Notes under the pieces: model-generated | Databases searched by the model: none | Seen by the model: only the letters and a program-made list of their open reading frames with translations | What the model was told of the DNA's origin: nothing | IMG/VR virus record: IMGVR_UViG_3300042922_000711 | Span: 1-50,733 of that record | DNA: 50,733 bases | DNA from: a virus | Lineage: Duplodnaviria > Caudoviricetes | Reading direction: 5' to 3' (one strand) | Translations under genes and position numbers: made by a program | Shown here: positions 46,431 to 50,733 of the stretch, piece after piece | Layout: each line of letters starts with the position of its first letter | How positions within the stretch are numbered: the first letter of the stretch is position 1

Positions 46431-47432
46431 ATGGAAGATAGTAAGGAATTAATCATCATAAAAATTTTGAGTGAATTGCAGGAAAAGTATCAGATAAACA
46501 ATATTGATGTGAAAAACATTTTGGAAAGAAATTTGGAAAATTATAGCCTGATTTCTAATGAGACTGCATTGATGGTGTCAGATCTGCCGGAGAAGGTAAG
46601 GTTCTTCATCGGCTTGAAATCACTGGAAGGATTGTCGAAGTTGTCACTGAAGAGATACCAGGAAGAACTGGCCATGTTTCAAAGGTATGTCAAAAAGCCG
46701 GTAAGCCAGATAACTGTTAATGATATCAGAAGATATTTTGCGATGATTCAAAGCGAAAAAGAATATCAGAAAATAACTATTAATGGAAAACTGAGTATAT
46801 TGCGAAGTTTTTTCGGGACACTATATAAAGAAGAAATGATTGAAAAGGATCCTACTATTAGACTGAAAAATATCAAAGTTGATGTGAAGTCTTTGAGGGA
46901 CCATCTCACAGCGGAAGAGTTGGAGATAGTAAGGAACGCCTGCAGCAATATCCGGGAGAAGGCAATAGTTGAATTTCTTTATAGTACCGGCTGCAGGGTG
47001 TCGGAAGTCACTAATACGAAGATTTCAGATTTAAACTGGAATGAGAACAGTCTTATGGTCCATGGCAAGGGAGACAAATTCAGAATTGTTTATTTCTCGG
47101 TTAAGTGCAAAATTTATTTGAAAGAATATCTTGAAAAAAGGAATGGAGAAAGCGAATTGCTTTTCGTTGGTGAAAGAAAACCGTACATCCCACTTAACAA
47201 ATCCGGCATTGAAAAGATTATCAAGAAGATTGCTGCCAGGACAAACATAAAGAAAAGCATTTATCCGCACATCTTCAGGCACACATTCGCAACTCTGGCA
47301 CTACAAAGAGGCATGGATATCACGCTCATTCAGCAATTATTGGGCCATACCGAAATCAATACAACGCAGATTTATGCTAAGACAAGCACTAAGCAGTTGC
47401 AAATTGCGTACGAAAAATTCATTGCAGCATAA
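46431..47432 (+). CDS. XerC/D-like tyrosine recombinase, copy B (paralogue of 1961-2962)
   Basis: AAGGAGG RBS; STGCRVSE, HGKG, HIFRH, LLGH, TQIYA; same length (333 aa) and colinear with copy A. Confidence 0.9.
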   Translation: MEDSKELIIIKILSELQEKYQINNIDVKNILERNLENYSLISNETALMVSDLPEKVRFFIGLKSLEGLSKLSLKRYQEELAMFQRYVKKPVSQITVNDIRRYFAMIQSEKEYQKITINGKLSILRSFFGTLYKEEMIEKDPTIRLKNIKVDVKSLRDHLTAEELEIVRNACSNIREKAIVEFLYSTGCRVSEVTNTKISDLNWNENSLMVHGKGDKFRIVYFSVKCKIYLKEYLEKRNGESELLFVGERKPYIPLNKSGIEKIIKKIAARTNIKKSIYPHIFRHTFATLALQRGMDITLIQQLLGHTEINTTQIYAKTSTKQLQIAYEKFIAA

Positions 47433-47457
47433 AGCCGGGGATTCCGGCTTTTTTTAT
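47431..47457 (+). terminator. Intrinsic terminator
   Basis: AAAGCCGG-GGATT-CCGGCTTT plus T run. Confidence 0.75.
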
Positions 47458-47485
47458 GGCTGTCTTGCTTACCCATTATTTCTCA

Positions 47486-47908
47486 CTATTTTTCTATCCC
47501 ATATAATCGCTTTCCGAATTTCTTTTTACTCATAGGATAAAGAATTTGCACCTTTCCATTTGTAAGATCACCAAGTATATGCGATAAAAATCCAAGAGTG
47601 AAGCCTGCCAAAATCGCATTAATTCCCCACAACAAAGTTGCAATAATAAACATAATTGTCATTATAAAGATACTGTGAGTTATAGTTCTATGACCGATAC
47701 ATTCGAAAATGGGCTCACTTATAAAATTAAATCTATGGCCAAGAAAACTATTTGGTGTGTCAATGTCCGGATATAATGCTCCCAAGAGCAAAGCAGGGTA
47801 AAATAGTATCAATTCAACTAGAGCAAAGTCAAGCAAGAAATAGTCTAATGCTATACCTATTATTAAAGCAACTGATAAGTGCTCTTGATAGTTGTCGAAA
47901 ACAATCAC
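47486..47908 (-). CDS. YdjM-like membrane metal-dependent hydrolase
   Basis: GALYPDID, GHRTITHS, SHILGD motifs with TM helices. Confidence 0.85.
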   Translation of the reverse strand: MIVFDNYQEHLSVALIIGIALDYFLLDFALVELILFYPALLLGALYPDIDTPNSFLGHRFNFISEPIFECIGHRTITHSIFIMTIMFIIATLLWGINAILAGFTLGFLSHILGDLTNGKVQILYPMSKKKFGKRLYGIEK

Positions 47909-48006
47909 CTTCTTTTAATATTAATTAATATTTTTTATGTAACATTTCCAAATAGCAGTCATATTATACACTATGATTTAATATTATTTACCAAGGAGGT
48001 GTAAAT

Positions 48007-48180
48007 ATGGCAAAACCTATATATCTAACTTTTAAGAGAGAAGAAGAAATAATATATGATTGGATATGTTCGCATTCTAATAAAGGAGGTTATATCAAAG
48101 ATTTAGTCAAGGCTGATATGGAAAAGCAAAAAAAGAGCAATCAGAAAGTTATGAAAGGTTTTTTAACATTAGAAGAATAA
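48007..48180 (+). CDS. Small RHH-like DNA-binding protein, 57 aa (not in ORF track)
   Basis: AAGGAGGT RBS; MAKPIYLTFKREEEIIYDWI...YIKDLVKADM. Confidence 0.65.
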   Translation: MAKPIYLTFKREEEIIYDWICSHSNKGGYIKDLVKADMEKQKKSNQKVMKGFLTLEE

Positions 48181-48290
48181 TAAATGCTCCCCAACCGCCT
48201 GCAAGCTGATATAGGGAGCAAACACAAGAGTGTGTTTTTATTATGCTATCAAAAAGGCGGTTCAATGTCTGTCGAATTCTAGGAGGAAAT

Positions 48291-48509
48291 ATGAGAAATG
48301 GAAAATATTATGAAAGACTAGAGAAAAAACAAGATAAATTATATAAACAAATGGATGCTGAATTTAAAAATATAATGAAAAAATATGGAGAAGAAACAGA
48401 AGACGGCATTCTAATTGATTTTAAAAGCATTGATAAGGAAAGTTTGCAAAATTTTAAAAATAAATATGGCAAGTATTATAAGAAATGGCATGGCGATATC
48501 TTAAAATAA
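48291..48509 (+). CDS. Hypothetical protein
   Basis: AGGAGG RBS before ATG 48291. Confidence 0.6.
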   Translation: MRNGKYYERLEKKQDKLYKQMDAEFKNIMKKYGEETEDGILIDFKSIDKESLQNFKNKYGKYYKKWHGDILK

Positions 48510-48537
48510 AATTTAACATTAATATTGGGAGGCAAAG

Positions 48538-48726
48538 ATGGGATTTTTATACAAGACTTTTGAAAATGCGTGCTATAAAGGAATACATGAGGCCAACAAG
48601 GAAGGTATCAGACAGTTAAGAGAACAGGTCGCAGAGGGAAATATATCCAAGGAATACTTTAATAACCTAGTTTACGGTACAAACGATAAAGAGGAAATTA
48701 GAAGAAAAAGGAAAAACATCTGGTGA
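48538..48726 (+). CDS. Hypothetical protein
   Basis: GGGAGG RBS. Confidence 0.6.
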   Translation: MGFLYKTFENACYKGIHEANKEGIRQLREQVAEGNISKEYFNNLVYGTNDKEEIRRKRKNIW

Positions 48727-48885
48727 TAAAACACGCGGCACAGAACTGCATTCCGCTCACGCTTCATATGTTCTTACAAGTTATAATTTAACTTGTCCAA
48801 TAGTTACAATATATCGCAAGAACAGGTTCTTTGGCCATGAACAAATCAAAGAACAAATTATGGAACACTTATAAGGAGGTTTAAT

Positions 48886-50091
48886 ATGTTAGAATTAGTT
48901 ACAATGGCTGCTGTCAGTTTTGCAGGAGGATACATTATTGATGATTACTTAAGCAGAAGAAATTGGATGGCAATATTTAAAAGTACAGGATTATATATTG
49001 AAAATAAATATCCGGAAGTTAAGAGAACTGAAAATAATAAAATAGGCAAGAGATACATTTTCAAGGTACCATATGGCTTATGCTTGAGTGATTTTGAAAA
49101 GAGAATAGAAGAATTAGAAATGGCTTTACATGAACCTATAAAGTGCGATTTAACGAACGATTATAATATTGCCATACAAATATACCACCTTGCATATAAA
49201 AAGATTTACAAACTAGTAAGCAACTTGTTAAAGACTAATGATTTAGTATTCCCTATAGGTATGACTTTAACCACAGAAGGAGAGGAAAATGTTAGTTTAG
49301 AATTCAATAGAAGTAATAGTCACATGTTAGTTTGTGGAGGTACTGGTAAGGGAAAAACAGCATTTATGCAAAATTTAATAGCACAAGCAATGCTAAAAAG
49401 AAATCTGGAAGTCTACATATGTGATTTAAAAGCAACTGGATCCTATAATGTATTTAAGAACTGTTTTAATTTGAAAGAGCTTGTTAAAAGTGACACTGAG
49501 ACTGTAAGAATATTAAAAAAGATTTTAAACATTATGCAGCAACGGTACAAAAAACTTGATGAGCACAATTTAAATGATGCAGGTGAATATAACGAAAAAT
49601 TCAAAAATGAAAAAATGAATCGAATTATACTTGTTATTGAAGAATTTGTTATATTGAGCAAAAACAAAAAGGTAATAGATCTATTAAATATATTGTTGGC
49701 TCAGGCTTCAGGAGCAGGAATTCATATATTTCTAACAGTTCAAAGACCAGATGCAAAGACACTTGATACCAGGCTGAAAAATAACTTATCTTACACAGTA
49801 GCATTTAAGGCTAAAAATTCAAGCAGTTCAGAAACCTATCTTGATAAAGGCGATTATAGAGCAGCCACTGATCTTCGCAAACCAGGTGAAGCAATTCTAG
49901 TAAAAGACGATGAAGATATCTATTTTAAATCTTATTTTTCCACTAATGAAGAAATTGAAAATTTAGTTAAAAAGACATATGTAAAAAAGAAAACTGAAAG
50001 CAATGTTATTGAACTGCCAAAAGCCGAGCCTCAAAAGGAAGAACCGGATGAAGCACCTGGCGATCCAGAGCCGGAGGATGATGTTTTATGA
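48886..50091 (+). CDS. FtsK/SpoIIIE-domain ATPase
   Basis: HMLVCGGTGKGKT, DLK, LVIEEF, VQRPDA; N-terminal hydrophobic segment. Confidence 0.9.
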   Translation: MLELVTMAAVSFAGGYIIDDYLSRRNWMAIFKSTGLYIENKYPEVKRTENNKIGKRYIFKVPYGLCLSDFEKRIEELEMALHEPIKCDLTNDYNIAIQIYHLAYKKIYKLVSNLLKTNDLVFPIGMTLTTEGEENVSLEFNRSNSHMLVCGGTGKGKTAFMQNLIAQAMLKRNLEVYICDLKATGSYNVFKNCFNLKELVKSDTETVRILKKILNIMQQRYKKLDEHNLNDAGEYNEKFKNEKMNRIILVIEEFVILSKNKKVIDLLNILLAQASGAGIHIFLTVQRPDAKTLDTRLKNNLSYTVAFKAKNSSSSETYLDKGDYRAATDLRKPGEAILVKDDEDIYFKSYFSTNEEIENLVKKTYVKKKTESNVIELPKAEPQKEEPDEAPGDPEPEDDVL

Positions 50092-50600
50092 CAGAAAGAG
50101 ATTTGCAAATAGTTGATTTTGTTTCAAAATGTCCCTGCAACTCGGCAACTTTACATAAGATTTTCTTTCCCGGTAAGAGTATGAGAATGGCAAATAAGCG
50201 ACTGTTTAAACTGTTCCAATATGGATATATAAACAGAACAAGAGACAGTAGCTGGGATAATTATACTTACTTTCTTAGTAAGAAACCAACGCAGTTAATT
50301 CATTCTGATTGCATGGCCAGAAGTTATTTATGGCTGCTTGAAAAAGGGTACACAATTTATAGTTATGAATTTCAAAAACAATACGGAAAAGTAAGACCAG
50401 ATTTAACAGCAGATATTGAGAAAAACGGCAAAAGGGGAATCGTTGCTGTTGAAGTGGAGTTATCAAATAATGATTTTAATAAGAAAATTAAAAGTTATGA
50501 AGAGCAAGAATTTTTTAAGAGTATGATATTAGTAAGTAACTATAACAGAAAAAGTGAGCATGTTAAAATCACTAATGTAAATATAAAAGAGCTGCCTTAG
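50088..50600 (+). CDS. Replication-relaxation (Replic_Relax)-like protein
   Basis: MTERDLQI wHTH start, RPD...VEVE nuclease-like motif; coupled to FtsK. Confidence 0.7.
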   Translation: MTERDLQIVDFVSKCPCNSATLHKIFFPGKSMRMANKRLFKLFQYGYINRTRDSSWDNYTYFLSKKPTQLIHSDCMARSYLWLLEKGYTIYSYEFQKQYGKVRPDLTADIEKNGKRGIVAVEVELSNNDFNKKIKSYEEQEFFKSMILVSNYNRKSEHVKITNVNIKELP

Positions 50601-50733
50601 AGCAATAATAGGTATCATTTAACTAGATATACGTACCTGCTGGTTGCAGGAGACAGTATGGTATTTCTCATGGGTCCGCTGTTTCCTACGGCTGCAACAA
50701 CTATGAAGTTGTTGTCTATAGCCCTGTTTGCAG

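Noticed and set aside
2236-50466. Many short antisense or nested ORFs in the six-frame track (e.g. 2236-2481, 3454-3759, 24595-24966, 34316-34786)
   Set aside because: They overlap well-supported genes, lack RBSs and show shadow-frame composition.
45900-50733. attR of the main prophage
   Set aside because: No second copy of the rlmD-like core found by eye; only partial arm-like TTGCTTACC matches.

Overview
Low-GC Firmicute (Clostridia-like) DNA dominated by one apparently complete temperate myovirus-type prophage (about 3.0-45.6 kb). Gene order: tyrosine integrase, ImmA/ImmR-like immunity switch, a replication block (SNF2 helicase, nuclease-Sak4 fusion, family-B DNA polymerase, AEP primase-SF3 helicase), a late activator, terminase, portal, capsid, an Xkd-type contractile tail, and holins plus an amidase. 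It is bracketed by two parallel 'tail end - lysis - small convergent gene - XerD-like recombinase' modules (1-2962 and 42576-47432). These share exact boundary sequences but carry different cargo. The right end holds an FtsK/Replic_Relax-type accessory module. Main unexplained structures: (i) two homologous ~300-bp iteron/AT-palindrome arrays in inverted orientation bracketing the ~18-kb early region, each directly upstream of a switch gene (integrase; late activator); (ii) an attP-like site carrying a spare rlmD 3' end, plus a 99-bp exact repeat that closes a complete 42.7-kb phage circle; (iii) a gene cassette apparently inserted at a duplicated 16-bp site at the tail end, and a XerD-like gene flanked by a 13-bp direct repeat, suggesting a recombinase-driven cassette-exchange system; (iv) a PolB lacking the conserved motif-B tyrosine. 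All product calls come from motif recognition and synteny by eye; no searches were run.
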